Shown piece by piece: positions 26,049 to 37,049 of a stretch of 64,000 nt of DNA. The position numbers and the translations under genes were made by a program. The DNA comes from an uncultured Methanoregulaceae archaeon (lineage in GTDB: Archaea; Halobacteriota; Methanomicrobia; Methanomicrobiales; Methanospirillaceae), in contig OY969564.1 of the NCBI GenBank assembly GCA_963701095.1, positions 1,952,001 to 2,016,000 of the forward strand. Direction: 5' to 3'. How positions within the stretch are numbered: the stretch's first letter is position 1; every line of letters begins with the position of its first letter. The notes below the pieces were generated by a model. That model searched no databases, was not told where the DNA came from, and saw only the letters and a program-made list of their open reading frames with translations.

Positions 26049-26121
26049 AAATGACGATAACAGGGATCCAGGATGACGCTCGGAGCAGCATAACCGGCAA
26101 ACTATTTGAGGAGAGTACTTT

Positions 26122-27198
26122 ATGTCGACAGTGAATGTTCTTATCGCTTCTGGGGATACAGCAAGTGCTGATGAGCTCGGGACATGTGCAGAATCCGTAG
26201 GATTCCATGTAATGGAACGGGTAAATTCCGTGCAAGATGCCGTTATGTCTGTCGAGTCCCTGTATCCAGATATTGTCCTTATAGAGACGGTTCTTTTTGA
26301 GAAAAGGAAAACACCGGAAATTTTAAAAGAGATCCAAATCGTGGGCAATATTCCTGTGATCCTGATTACCGATGCAGATGAGGATATCCCAGAAATCTTC
26401 CTTGAATCAAATCGTCCTTATGGCGTTCTTGTCCGGCCGTTTGGACCAATTCTATTCAAACACGTCATTGAGGAAGCAATACACCGGCACTCGCTCGAAA
26501 GAGGGGAAAACGACCGGAGAAAAAGGATGCATTCTGGTGCTATCGTAAGAAAAGTAGCCCATGATATCAACAATTCTCTGAGCTCTGCGCTTGCGAATAT
26601 CCAGCTCGCCCGCAGGTCATGTACCCTTGAGAAAAATCAGTGCAGGCATCTGGATGATGCCGAGAATGGCATCCTGCGGGCACGGGATCAGTCCCGTCAA
26701 CTACTCATGCCTTCAGTTGTCCCCAAGGATAAAGCCGGAATAGCTCGAAAGGTGTCGACCCATGAAAATCGACGGCAAAATACAGCCCGTAATAAAGTAA
26801 GTACCGCCGGAAAATACCGGATACTCCTCATGGATGACGAAGATGCAATACTATCAGCCACTAGCGAAATGCTCTCGTTTCTGGGTCATATTGTGACAAT
26901 TGCCAAGACGGGAGAGGAAGCAATTGCATTGTTCCGAAAAGCAAAAGACAATGCCCTGCCGTTTGATGCAGTCATTCTTGATATAACAGTACCTGGTGGG
27001 ATGGGTGCAGAGGAAACATTACCCCGGTTGAGGGAGATTGAACCCGGAGTGCGGGCGATTATTTCCAGCGGCTATGCCACTCACCCGTTATTGATCAGTT
27101 TCGCAGCCAATGGATTTTCTGCAGCTCTCATCAAACCGTACGGATTTAAAGAACTCGAGGAATCTCTAGGACTGGTATCTGGTTTAATAGGGTTATAA
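26122..27198 (+). CDS. Receiver-HisKA-receiver signalling protein lacking a HATPase domain
   Basis: Degenerate N-terminal receiver, H-box VAHDINN, C-terminal receiver ILLMDDE...VILD...KP. Confidence 0.8.
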   Translation: MSTVNVLIASGDTASADELGTCAESVGFHVMERVNSVQDAVMSVESLYPDIVLIETVLFEKRKTPEILKEIQIVGNIPVILITDADEDIPEIFLESNRPYGVLVRPFGPILFKHVIEEAIHRHSLERGENDRRKRMHSGAIVRKVAHDINNSLSSALANIQLARRSCTLEKNQCRHLDDAENGILRARDQSRQLLMPSVVPKDKAGIARKVSTHENRRQNTARNKVSTAGKYRILLMDDEDAILSATSEMLSFLGHIVTIAKTGEEAIALFRKAKDNALPFDAVILDITVPGGMGAEETLPRLREIEPGVRAIISSGYATHPLLISFAANGFSAALIKPYGFKELEESLGLVSGLIGL

Positions 27199-27981
27199 CC
27201 GGATTTCCTGGGGGTTCGTCGCTGATGAACCTTTTTGGGTTGCTACAATCAGGTTCTTTTCATCAAAAAAAAGGCCGACCCCCTCACGTGCGCTTGCCAG
27301 TGCACGATCAGGTGTGTTGTTTATCTCGCTCAGGTGTGAGAGTATAACCTGGGATACATCTTTTCCCCAGTTTCGAAGCACTGCGGCAGTTGCGATGTTT
27401 GAGAGATGCCCCCGGCTTGAACGAATACGTTTTTTCAGGGATTCGGGATATGGTCCGTTGGCAAGCATTTCCGGACAATGGTTGCTTTCAAGAACCACAC
27501 CATCGCAGCACCGGAGCAATTCAAGCATGTGTGTTGTAACTATACCTGTGTCGGTGCAATACCCTAGCGTTTGTCCGTTATCCTGTATTATAAACCCGCA
27601 GGGTTCAGCGGCATCGTGGGAGGTTGCAAATGGTAAAATCAAAAATCCCCCGGCAGTAAACGAAAGGGTATAGCGGCAGGTATGAACCTGGATCGGTTTA
27701 TTTGAAGTACGCCGATGATTTAAAAATTCATTAAGCGTACCCCCGGTTCCATAGACAGGGCAGGCAAGCTTTCGTGCGAGAACATCCAAACCTCGAATAT
27801 GATCCGTGTGTTCGTGGGTTACTATGATTGCATCTATTGAATCAGCTTGGCAACCCGTTTGTGTCATACGAGACAATGTCTCTTTCGCACTAAGACCAGA
27901 ATCAATTAAAATGGCACCATTACTGCCAGCGATATACGTGCAGTTGCCTTTGCTCCCGCTTGCAAGTATCGTGCATCGCAT
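27193..27981 (-). CDS. MBL-fold metallo-hydrolase (YycJ/WalJ-like)
   Basis: ASGSKGN, THEHTDH, TDTG, ESNH, GHLSN, HLS. Confidence 0.88.
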   Translation of the reverse strand: MRCTILASGSKGNCTYIAGSNGAILIDSGLSAKETLSRMTQTGCQADSIDAIIVTHEHTDHIRGLDVLARKLACPVYGTGGTLNEFLNHRRTSNKPIQVHTCRYTLSFTAGGFLILPFATSHDAAEPCGFIIQDNGQTLGYCTDTGIVTTHMLELLRCCDGVVLESNHCPEMLANGPYPESLKKRIRSSRGHLSNIATAAVLRNWGKDVSQVILSHLSEINNTPDRALASAREGVGLFFDEKNLIVATQKGSSATNPQEIRL

Positions 27982-28055
27982 GTCTTACTATATTGGGTAT
28001 TTGTTGTATTAACCTGCTTTCCTCCCGACAACTGGAGTAGAAAAAGAGGATTGTA

Positions 28056-28241
28056 TTATTGTTTAGCCTTTAGTGCTTCGTACTCTGCAAGTACCGGCGC
28101 AATTGTCTTTGTGGAAATAGAGCGACGGACAAGGACGGTTAGCTTGCGGCAATACCGGATATGGGCAATCTGGAAACTTACAATCAGGCCAAAACAGAGG
28201 CAGGTGATACCGATTAGGAAATAGCTTGGAGTGTCAACCAT
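28056..28241 (-). CDS. Small single-pass membrane protein
   Basis: One hydrophobic helix; resembles the adjacent ORF. Confidence 0.55.
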   Translation of the reverse strand: MVDTPSYFLIGITCLCFGLIVSFQIAHIRYCRKLTVLVRRSISTKTIAPVLAEYEALKAKQ

Positions 28242-28251
28242 ACAAATCCCC

Positions 28252-28440
28252 TCAGGTCTCCCTTTCGAGTTCATTAACGAGAGGGACTACAGAATCGGCA
28301 TCTGAACACTCTTTTGCGAGAATGAAAAAACGTTTCGAGTAATGCACTGTGAGCAGCTGATACCCGAGAACCATTCCGATAGCAAACATGACAATCCCAA
28401 AACAAATGTAGATAAGTAGATCCGTAACCAGGTCAGCCAT
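28252..28440 (-). CDS. Small single-pass membrane protein
   Basis: One hydrophobic helix; resembles the adjacent ORF. Confidence 0.55.
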   Translation of the reverse strand: MADLVTDLLIYICFGIVMFAIGMVLGYQLLTVHYSKRFFILAKECSDADSVVPLVNELERET

Positions 28441-28703
28441 AGTAAACCTCATTGACTGTTACGGTGGGATGCTGATATATTTTGTGAATTTTGTGGCTCA
28501 CATTTGTCCAAAAGATAAGAAAACCGGATCTGCAGAAAAGTCGTGTATTCTTGTAAAAGTGGTTTAATATAAAATCACTCGGGAAGACAATATTTTCTTT
28601 CTAACTCCACATTTTTCTTTGAGTCTAAGTAATGCAACATTGTTCTCTGGCCTTTTCTCAAGTAATAAATACGGGCATATGTATAGTGCTCACATGTCAC
28701 GTA

Positions 28704-29294
28704 ATGTCCTTACATTACCCTCTCCAAAACAAACCTGATCAAAGACATTTGACTACCCAAAAGAGTAGAAAAAAGTGGTTTTTAACTGCTCTTTTATTAT
28801 TTGCTATCGTGGCAGTAGCATGTGGTTTAGCACTTGCTCTTCAACCACACTCACAAAATTCCGGTGCCGGAAATCTTGATCAGGGAATTACAATATTTTG
28901 GCCTTACCATGTCCTCCTCATGGCAATAGGATTCATCCTTCTGGTTACCGGTTTTATTGTCGCACGGTTTCATAAAACCAGGTCCTGGTATAAATCTCAT
29001 ATGACCCTGGAAGTATGTGGTGTGACATGTATTATTGCCGGTATTTTTGTAGGTATATATATGGTCATGCTTTCTGGTTTCCCTCAGTTGCATAATATCC
29101 ATGAAATGCTGGGGATCACGACGGGAATTTTGGTTATTACTGCAATTATTCTAGGATATTGTATCAAACGTGCTACTATATCGAAAAAAATTGTTCGGCA
29201 AAGCCATCGTTGGCTTGGTCGGATTGTAATCTGTCTTATGATCATCACCATTGTCTTTGGAATAATCTTCCTGCTTCCTCTTTTGGGGCGATAA
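28704..29294 (+). CDS. Cytochrome b561-like membrane protein
   Basis: Four helix-associated His: YHVLLM, WYKSH, IHEMLG, HRWLGR. Confidence 0.65.
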   Translation: MSLHYPLQNKPDQRHLTTQKSRKKWFLTALLLFAIVAVACGLALALQPHSQNSGAGNLDQGITIFWPYHVLLMAIGFILLVTGFIVARFHKTRSWYKSHMTLEVCGVTCIIAGIFVGIYMVMLSGFPQLHNIHEMLGITTGILVITAIILGYCIKRATISKKIVRQSHRWLGRIVICLMIITIVFGIIFLLPLLGR

Positions 29295-29485
29295 TTCAAT
29301 TTTTTTTAGTATCCTTATGCGGAGCTTTTCTCACTAAACAATGAGAAGATAAATAGTATCCCACGTATCAAAAAAAGTCCGGAATCAGCGATCATTTTCA
29401 GACATAGTTGAAATAGTCTGTTTCCTAAAGGAAATCTGCACAACCATTAAGATGCTTTCCGGATCAGTATTGGCTGAGAAGTTTT

Positions 29486-29884
29486 ATGGTAAGGCTTACT
29501 GATGCAATCAAAGAATCCCTTGCAGCTACGAAGATCGTTTTCTTTGCTACCGCCTCAAGAAACAATGTACCCAATGCTGTCCCGATTGGGGCATTCAAAA
29601 TTGTCGACGATGAAACGCTTCTGATCTCTGATCAGTATTTCAATAAAACGTTAGCAAATATAAAGGAGAACCCGAATGTGGCCATTTCCTACTGGGGAGA
29701 GAAAGGAGGTTACCAGATCAAAGGGACGGTGACTCTCCATACAAGTGATGAGATCTTCAGGCAGGATGTAGCATGGATGAAAGAGTTGCGCCCTCAGCTC
29801 GTCCCGAAATCGGCAGTTGTAATGAAGATTACCGGGGTCTACATTCTCAAACCAGGACCCGATGCCGGAAAAAAGATTATCTGA
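29486..29884 (+). CDS. Pyridoxamine 5'-phosphate oxidase-like flavin-binding protein
   Basis: ATAS...PNAVP, KTLANIKENP, YQIKG. Confidence 0.85.
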   Translation: MVRLTDAIKESLAATKIVFFATASRNNVPNAVPIGAFKIVDDETLLISDQYFNKTLANIKENPNVAISYWGEKGGYQIKGTVTLHTSDEIFRQDVAWMKELRPQLVPKSAVVMKITGVYILKPGPDAGKKII

Positions 29885-29951
29885 TACACAAAATATTCTC
29901 TAAGTTTGTATAAATGTTTAACTTTTTCACAATGGTGTGTAGTGGCCCAAT

Positions 29952-31542
29952 TTACACCCGTCTCCACCCGGTATCCGGTACTGATATCTCGAAATGTGCC
30001 CCCTCTCCGAATGTTCCTGTTTCCTTGATGGAGATGCCAGATATCCCGAGGATCTCACGCGCGAGAAAGAGGCCTTGTCCGGTATTTTTTCCATAGCCTG
30101 ATGCAAAAATCTTTTCTTTGTCAGAGTCTATAATACCTCGACCATCGTCGCTGCAGATTATAGTGAGTGTGGGGCTGTCCTGCCGAAGAGAGAAGGTGAC
30201 CACGGAAAGCTTCCCACCGTACCTGAGAGCGTTATCAATAAGGTTATAGAACACCTTTTCGAGCATCCCATCCGCAAAAACCTCCACTCCCTCATCCGGC
30301 ATAACGGCCAGCCGAACTGAACCCGGATGTACGGACATTGCAGCTTTGGAGACAACGTCATGAACGTTCTGCCACTGAGGGGCATGCACACCGATATTCT
30401 GGTAATCACGGGTGAAGGTGATCTGTTGCTGGATACGCCGGGTACTTTCTTTTATCTCTACGAGGAGTGCTGACGATTCAGGCTCGGAAATTTTTTGGAT
30501 GGCCATATCCTCAAGGCCTAAAAGCCCGGTGATCGTATTCAGGATGTCGTGACGTATAAGCTTACTAAGCATGTTTAATTTTTTGTTTGAGGATTGGAGT
30601 GCTTGGCTTAACCGCCTTTGTTCTGTTAGTGTATAATCGCGTTCCATCATCTCAAGAGCAAAGGAAATATCGTCAGTGAGCTCCTTTAACAATGCAAGTT
30701 CCCTGTCATTGAAGAAATTACACTCATTTGAGTAGAAGCGCATTGCGCCAACGGTAGTGTTTCCACAACAGAGGGGAAACGCCGCAGATGAGCGGTAGCC
30801 ACGTTTGGTGGCCTCTCCACGATACTTATACATCCGGGGATCGGACTGTATGTCATTGCAAACTATCGGAGAACATCCCCGGATAGCAGAACCGGTAAGT
30901 CCCATCCCCTGGGGCACATTATTAACGGTAATTGAAAGCAAACTCAGGTACCCTGCCTCATACCCGTAAGCGGCGACCGGGAGGACATCGTTTGTAGCGG
31001 GGTTTACCATACCTATCCAAGCCATCAGGAATTTCCCCTCTTCAACAGCTATTTTACAAGCCTCATCAAGCAGCGCCTGCCGATCCCTGATATGGATTAT
31101 TGCCCGGTTGGTTCGGGATATGACTGAATTCAACCGGTTGAGGTGGAAAATCGTATCAAGTGCACGTTTCTTTTCAACTGAACTCTTGATAGTGTGGATG
31201 AGCTCAGTAAACTGTGACCGGGAGTCACCACCTTTACGGATATAGTGGTCCGCGCCGCAGTTGAGGGCATCTATAACAATTTCCTCCCGCCCTCTCCCGG
31301 TGAATATAATAAAGGGAAGGGCCGGGTATTTAGTACGGATGATCCTTAAAAATGCCAACCCGTCCATTCCTGGCATCTGATAATCTGAGATGACAATATC
31401 GTACGTTGTCGTCTTGAGTTTATTAAGCCCCTGATCCGCTGATTCGGCAGTATCCACCTGAATATTCCCCGAACGTTCCAAAAACAGACTTTGCCACATC
31501 AAGCAATGCGGTGTCATCATCGACGTATAAAACTGAAATCAT
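29952..31542 (-). CDS. Hybrid receiver-GAF-histidine kinase (frameshift near 31489)
   Basis: True start MISVLYVDDD at 31542 in another frame; SDYQMP, GAF region, RHDILN, NLIDNA, DDGRG, GQGL. Confidence 0.88.
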
Positions 31543-31797
31543 AAGAAACGGAGTTCCGTGAGAATGTGGGTTAGGAGTAATTTCAGTTATGTACACATAA
31601 CCGTTCCGGTGTCAGTATTATTTCAGCAACCTTGTAGTTCCCGGCATGCCAACCCGTTACCAAATATTAATCTATGAGGGTAAGGCGGGCATATTCCTGA
31701 CAAACAGGAACCATTAAACATTTTAGGCATATTCACAGGGCTGAATTTCATCCGCATAACGAAACCTTAACAACCTATCCTGCTGATTTTTTCTGCT

Positions 31798-33081
31798 ATG
31801 TGGAGCGCGGTAGATGTCGAAACCTGGATTTCGCGGCGTACATCCCGGCTGGATGAAGTACGTGGTACGGTTCAGGAAATTATCGAAAAAGTGAGGACAG
31901 GAGGAGATGGAGCACTGTTCGAGCTTTCCGAAAAATTCGACAAAGTTCATCTGGATTCGATTGCTGTCGACGAAGATGCCCTGGAGGCAGCATACGAGCA
32001 GGTCGATGCAAAAGTCACTGAATGTCTCGTGGAGGCCGAGGTAAGAATCAGCAGATTTCATGAGCTCCAGATGCCCCGTGAACTGTGGCTTTCTGAAGTC
32101 GAGCCCGGTATTACTCTTGGTGTAAAAACTACGCCCCTTTCCCGGATCGGTGCATATATTCCCGGTGGACGTGCTGCGTATCCATCGACAGCCCTTATGT
32201 GCACCATTCCAGCCAGAATCGCCGGTGTTCCAGAGATTTGTTGTTGTTCACCGCCGCCAATCCAGCCGCTCACGCTCGTTGCTCTCGATATTGCCGGAGT
32301 ACACGAGATCTACCAGTGCGGAGGTGCACAGGCAATTGCAGCAATGGCTCTTGGTACAGAAACAATTGAACCCGTGGATAAGATTGTGGGACCGGGGAAT
32401 GTCTATGTTACAGCAGCAAAGATGATGCTTCGTGATTACGCCGAGATTGATTTTCCTGCAGGGCCTAGCGAGATTGCCATTATTGCGGATGAAAGCGCCG
32501 TCCCGGAATATGTAGCAGCAGATATCCTCGCACAGGCAGAACATGATCCGCATGCCTCCTGTATTCTCATCACATCCTCCTCCGCTGTTGCAGATCGTGT
32601 GGGGATCGAAATTAAAAAGCAGGCAGAACACGCCAAGCGAAAAGAGATAATAACACAAGCGCTTAAAAACTCAGGATTTATTGTTGTCGGGGATCTTTCC
32701 GAGGCGGTAGCAATATCAAACACCATCGCACCTGAGCACCTCGCTCTTCAGGTTGTTGATCCTTTGGCAGTTCTCGGCAGTATTCATAATGCAGGTTCAA
32801 TCTTTGTCGGTAAGTACACTCCTGTTGCCTGTGGGGACTATGCGTCAGGGACAAACCATGTTCTACCAACGGCTGGATTTGCCCGGCAATACTCCGGCCT
32901 CGATGTGCATCACTTCTGCAAGACATCATCAGTCCAGTATCTTACAAAAGAAGGACTTGAGAGCATCGGGGATATCGTTGAAACTCTTGCCGAAGCTGAA
33001 GGGTTTTTCGCCCACGCACAGTCTGTCAGCGTGAGACTAAAAAGTTCTCAAAATCTCCAAAGAAAAAATTCCGGCTGTTGA
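31798..33081 (+). CDS. hisD: Histidinol dehydrogenase
   Basis: YIPGG, GPGNVYV, AGPSE, QAEHD, APEHL, GDYASGTNHVLPT. Confidence 0.96.
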   Translation: MWSAVDVETWISRRTSRLDEVRGTVQEIIEKVRTGGDGALFELSEKFDKVHLDSIAVDEDALEAAYEQVDAKVTECLVEAEVRISRFHELQMPRELWLSEVEPGITLGVKTTPLSRIGAYIPGGRAAYPSTALMCTIPARIAGVPEICCCSPPPIQPLTLVALDIAGVHEIYQCGGAQAIAAMALGTETIEPVDKIVGPGNVYVTAAKMMLRDYAEIDFPAGPSEIAIIADESAVPEYVAADILAQAEHDPHASCILITSSSAVADRVGIEIKKQAEHAKRKEIITQALKNSGFIVVGDLSEAVAISNTIAPEHLALQVVDPLAVLGSIHNAGSIFVGKYTPVACGDYASGTNHVLPTAGFARQYSGLDVHHFCKTSSVQYLTKEGLESIGDIVETLAEAEGFFAHAQSVSVRLKSSQNLQRKNSGC

Positions 33082-33248
33082 ATTGTTAATGTAATGTGCA
33101 TTCAACCGTTTCTTAAAATTTTCTCTCTTAAATCTTTAAAAAAAATGCTTCAAGTATATTGGTGATTTATCGGGAGAGAAAAGGAGATACTAATTAAGGG
33201 CTTCCCGTGATTATTCCGGGTTCCGTTGGAGCATTAATTCCCAATTTT

Positions 33249-34550
33249 TCAAAATTCCACGACCATAACAGCTTCTTCTTCAGCTTTGAGTTCCCCCTTC
33301 AGATGTTCCGCATCGAACTCATAATTATCGGCCGGGTTATAATCTTCGTAAATCTCACACTTATCCAGGACATCGATAAATTCCTTGAGAAATATCCGCG
33401 GGATTATGTCAACCCTCCCCCCAAACCGGTTCGTGAGTTTTTTGATCATAGCACGGATAAACCTGTGAGAAATCCGTTCTCGATCGACTTCACGGTAAGC
33501 CTGTGAGTAAACGTCAATAACCTTGAGCGCAACGAGTTCGAGTTTTCCATTGTCGAATCTGGTTAGATGGATTTGAGGCTGGCGTGGATTTTTATAACTA
33601 TCCGTCTCCACTACACTGATCCTGTCGTAGAGAGGTGTTACTGATCGTATACCCCGTGAGCTATCGAAGAATGAAGGTGTGCCGGTGAACAAAAAGTAAC
33701 AATGTGGCATTCTTCCGCCATCAAGAGCATCGATAATCCGGGCAAGTGTCTGGTAGCTTCTCTCCCGCTGGTTCCGCTGGAGTCCCTGGGTAGTTTCAAG
33801 TTCGTCTATCGCGATTGCGAGTCCCTTGTATCCGGCGCGATGTATGATTTCAACGAGGCCCAAAAGGAACGAGAACGCTGTATTATCGTCGACTTCACCT
33901 TTAATTCCTGCCTTCTGCTTAAAATCGCGACCTACGGTCGGTTCTGCAGCAATCCAGCCTATTGCAGCCTGCGCTACGGGAAAATCCCCGGCGTTATTTG
34001 CCCGGTAATAGGTACGCAGCGCAGCAGAAAGACCCGTATTGGTCTCACTTATACCTGCCAGCGCCGCTTCAATCTCTTTTTCCGTGGCTGCTTCAAGAAC
34101 TGCATTCTCCCCTCCATCCCGGCCTGTCGAGATCAGGCGCTCCTCAATGGCGAAGATCCAGTTGTCCACAATAGTCTTGAGGGCGTGATCTGCTTCGATG
34201 GTTTTGAGATTGGCGCAGATTTGTTGGTAGAGCGCTTTTGGTTTTGAGAGGGGTGCTGATGGGGAAATAAACACATGTGAAGTTGCAAACCCTTTGTTGC
34301 CGGCGATTTCAAGGGCCCGGGCGACAAAAAAAGTTTTGCCACTCCCGAAATCCCCCCGGATAAATTTTAGATCCCCGCCACCATCTGCCACATAATCCAG
34401 CTGCCTGCTGATCACGTTTTCTTCTATATCAAGTCCAACAACAATCCGTTCAAGTCCGTCAGTAGGAACTGTCCCTCTTCTCAGTGCATTGATAATATTG
34501 AGACTCTGATGTCGACGCTGTTCCTTCTGGTCAGGGGCCACAATATTCAT
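33249..34550 (-). CDS. DUF2791/BrxD-like P-loop ATPase
   Basis: ALRRGTVP, Walker A GDFGSGKT, Walker B IAIDELE, PRIFLKEFIDVLD. Confidence 0.85.
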   Translation of the reverse strand: MNIVAPDQKEQRRHQSLNIINALRRGTVPTDGLERIVVGLDIEENVISRQLDYVADGGGDLKFIRGDFGSGKTFFVARALEIAGNKGFATSHVFISPSAPLSKPKALYQQICANLKTIEADHALKTIVDNWIFAIEERLISTGRDGGENAVLEAATEKEIEAALAGISETNTGLSAALRTYYRANNAGDFPVAQAAIGWIAAEPTVGRDFKQKAGIKGEVDDNTAFSFLLGLVEIIHRAGYKGLAIAIDELETTQGLQRNQRERSYQTLARIIDALDGGRMPHCYFLFTGTPSFFDSSRGIRSVTPLYDRISVVETDSYKNPRQPQIHLTRFDNGKLELVALKVIDVYSQAYREVDRERISHRFIRAMIKKLTNRFGGRVDIIPRIFLKEFIDVLDKCEIYEDYNPADNYEFDAEHLKGELKAEEEAVMVVEF

Positions 34551-36342
34551 AGACCTCTCCTTCAGCACTCATACCTTTTCTCTCTATAAGCATAATCCCC
34601 TGCTCCTTTGCCTTACGGATCAGCATATTTACGATACCAGCCACTCTGCGAGTGGTTAAAAGATGCCGGAGGTCAGTTTCGGTTGCTCTCTTGTGTACGG
34701 CAAGGAACGATACAATTTTTATTTCAGGGTCAGTGAGTCCCATTTTATCTATGATGGTCATAGCCGTTTCTTTGGATGCAACTGCATCGTTTGCCGTGGG
34801 CGAGATTATAACCGGGGGAGTGGTGGGTAACAATTCCTTTGCCAGATTTATTAAAGACAGAAAATCACCGGTATGACAGGTTTTGGAATATGCCGGAAGG
34901 ATATCAATACCGCACAGACAGTTGTAGATGCATGCAGCGTAATCGTTTCGCGAGAGTGCATCTGCAGCTTCGCCCCGGTAGGCTGCAGCAAGGAACTCCC
35001 GGTCATCTGACCTGAGAGTCTGGCGGCGCTCTTCCAGCCGCCGTATCAGCTGTCGAGTGAGACGTTTCATTCGCTGAAATGTAGTGTCATATTCGGTGAC
35101 TGCTGCAGCTACTCTACTAAGATCAGCATCTTTTCTGACATTTGCGAGGATATGGAGCAGCACCTTCTCGCATTCCCGGTCATCGCCACAGGAGGCAAGG
35201 AATCCTGCGTAAGAAAGCCCTCCATGAAGATAATCGGCTCGGTAAGCGCGATAATAACAGGCTTTTGCCTCTTCGATTTCACCTGATTCGAGGAACATTT
35301 TACCCGTTTCTTCGAGGCAGATGACATTTGTATCCTGGGGGACTACGGTGAAAAACCGCTCACGGGCTTCTGCCGGGGTAAATCTTCCGTTGATATACCG
35401 GCAATAGGCCCGTAGTATCTGCCGGAAAGAGTCTGATACGGCTGGGGCGTCCAGTTCATCTCGGATGAGTTTTTCGTATTCAACAAGAGCGTTTAAATGA
35501 TCACCGAGGATTGCAGAAAGTTCGCATGCAATGAGACGGTAATGTGGTTTGTTATTGATAGAGATTAGTTTTCTTACTGCAGTAAGCGCACGGAGATATT
35601 CTCCCCTATCATGTAAAAGGCGGATGTAATCAAGGTAAATATCAGGATCCGAAACCTCCTTCAGAAACGATGCATAAGCAGCGGGTGCGGTAGCAGAATC
35701 CACATGGTTATGTGCAGCAAGGTACACCCTGAGAATCCCGACATCGTGAGTCTCTCTATAAAGTCCCTGAGCCTCCTGTTCAGCCTCCTTATATCTGCCA
35801 GCCTCGCAGAGAGCATGGGCATATTCCGGGCCTGTTTTCTTCCCAGATCCCTGGGACTCACAGAGAGCACAAGCAGCATCTGCAAATCCGGAATGTGTAA
35901 GAGAAGAGACCAGCTGGAATAGATCGTCGGGCCGGTTACTTGCCTGGTAAAGTCTTTTTAAGGCCGGAAGCGCTCCCCGCTCGTCATTTCGCTCAACCAG
36001 CCAAGAGATATAGCTCCGTAATGCCTCTTGATTGCCGGGATCGAGGCGGACCGCTGCCGCATATTCAGCAATCGCGTTATCATCTCCTTTCTTTTCGAGA
36101 ACCTTTGCAAGATAACTGTGAACATAGGATGATTCTGGCATCCGTTGTGCGAGATCCCGGAAAAATACCTCGGCGTCCTCGAGTTTTCCAAGAGAGAACA
36201 GGTTAGTTGCAGCAAGAATCTCAATTGCCGGGTCCCGGGCTGTTTCTATCAACCGGTTACACAATGCAAGGGATTCCGCATACATTCCTGCATGGTACAG
36301 CCCGAAAGCCTCCTTTTTTTTATCATCCGCAGTGGCCGGCAT
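34531..36342 (-). CDS. TPR-repeat protein with a C-terminal small helical/wHTH-like domain
   Basis: TPR-like repeats (A..EY..AVRLDP.N); overlaps the ATPase start. Confidence 0.8.
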   Translation of the reverse strand: MPATADDKKKEAFGLYHAGMYAESLALCNRLIETARDPAIEILAATNLFSLGKLEDAEVFFRDLAQRMPESSYVHSYLAKVLEKKGDDNAIAEYAAAVRLDPGNQEALRSYISWLVERNDERGALPALKRLYQASNRPDDLFQLVSSLTHSGFADAACALCESQGSGKKTGPEYAHALCEAGRYKEAEQEAQGLYRETHDVGILRVYLAAHNHVDSATAPAAYASFLKEVSDPDIYLDYIRLLHDRGEYLRALTAVRKLISINNKPHYRLIACELSAILGDHLNALVEYEKLIRDELDAPAVSDSFRQILRAYCRYINGRFTPAEARERFFTVVPQDTNVICLEETGKMFLESGEIEEAKACYYRAYRADYLHGGLSYAGFLASCGDDRECEKVLLHILANVRKDADLSRVAAAVTEYDTTFQRMKRLTRQLIRRLEERRQTLRSDDREFLAAAYRGEAADALSRNDYAACIYNCLCGIDILPAYSKTCHTGDFLSLINLAKELLPTTPPVIISPTANDAVASKETAMTIIDKMGLTDPEIKIVSFLAVHKRATETDLRHLLTTRRVAGIVNMLIRKAKEQGIMLIERKGMSAEGEVYEYCGP

Positions 36343-37049
36343 TATGGTATTTTCGAGAAGAATCGCACCCGGAGGAGTCCTACAAGCATTTTTATCATAT
36401 CCCTTTTCCTGACCCGGGAATCTCCCTTGTTCTGCCATTCGATGGGAACCTCCTCGATCCGGTACCCGGCCTTTTCCAGCTTCCAGATCAATTCTACATC
36501 AAATTCAAAACCCCGCGAAACAAGCAGGGGTAATACAGCATCGACTGCGGATTTTTTAAAGACTTTTGCCCCGCACTGTGTATCGTTGAAAGTAAAGCCG
36601 AATAGAAGCCTGATAATCAGGTTAAATCCCCGGCTTTCCAGACGGCGCATCAATCCCTGCCGGGTCAGAAGGGAAGAACCGGACATCCATCGGGAACCCA
36701 TAACAGCATCAAATGTGGAAAGATGTTCGTAAAGCCGGCACATTTCTTCGATAGTGGTTGAACCGTCAGCATCTGCGTATCCTACAAGAGGAGCTTGTGC
36801 AGCTGCGAGGCCGGCGATGACCCCTCCACCTTTACCAAGACGGTTGGGAAAACGCAGGCAGCGAATAGAGAGGTCGTGGCGTCTTTTTGCCATGGTTTCA
36901 ACCACATCTGCTGTCTTGTCGTTCCCGTCGCAGATTACGATAATCTCCCCGTCGAACCGTCCGACAGACTCAAAAAAAATTGCAATCCGTTTTTCTTCGT
37001 TGTATGCAGGAATGACCAAACTACATGGGGGATTTGAGGCAGGAGACAT
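36342..37049 (-). CDS. Family 2 glycosyltransferase (dolichol-phosphate sugar synthase-like)
   Basis: VIPAYNEE, GKGGG, DADG, DTQCGAK, FDVEL. Confidence 0.9.
   Translation of the reverse strand: MSPASNPPCSLVIPAYNEEKRIAIFFESVGRFDGEIIVICDGNDKTADVVETMAKRRHDLSIRCLRFPNRLGKGGGVIAGLAAAQAPLVGYADADGSTTIEEMCRLYEHLSTFDAVMGSRWMSGSSLLTRQGLMRRLESRGFNLIIRLLFGFTFNDTQCGAKVFKKSAVDAVLPLLVSRGFEFDVELIWKLEKAGYRIEEVPIEWQNKGDSRVRKRDMIKMLVGLLRVRFFSKIP

Noticed and set aside
29925..29940. TTCACAATGGTG, a partial match to the operator
   Set aside because: Only a half-site, and it lies between convergent gene ends rather than at a promoter
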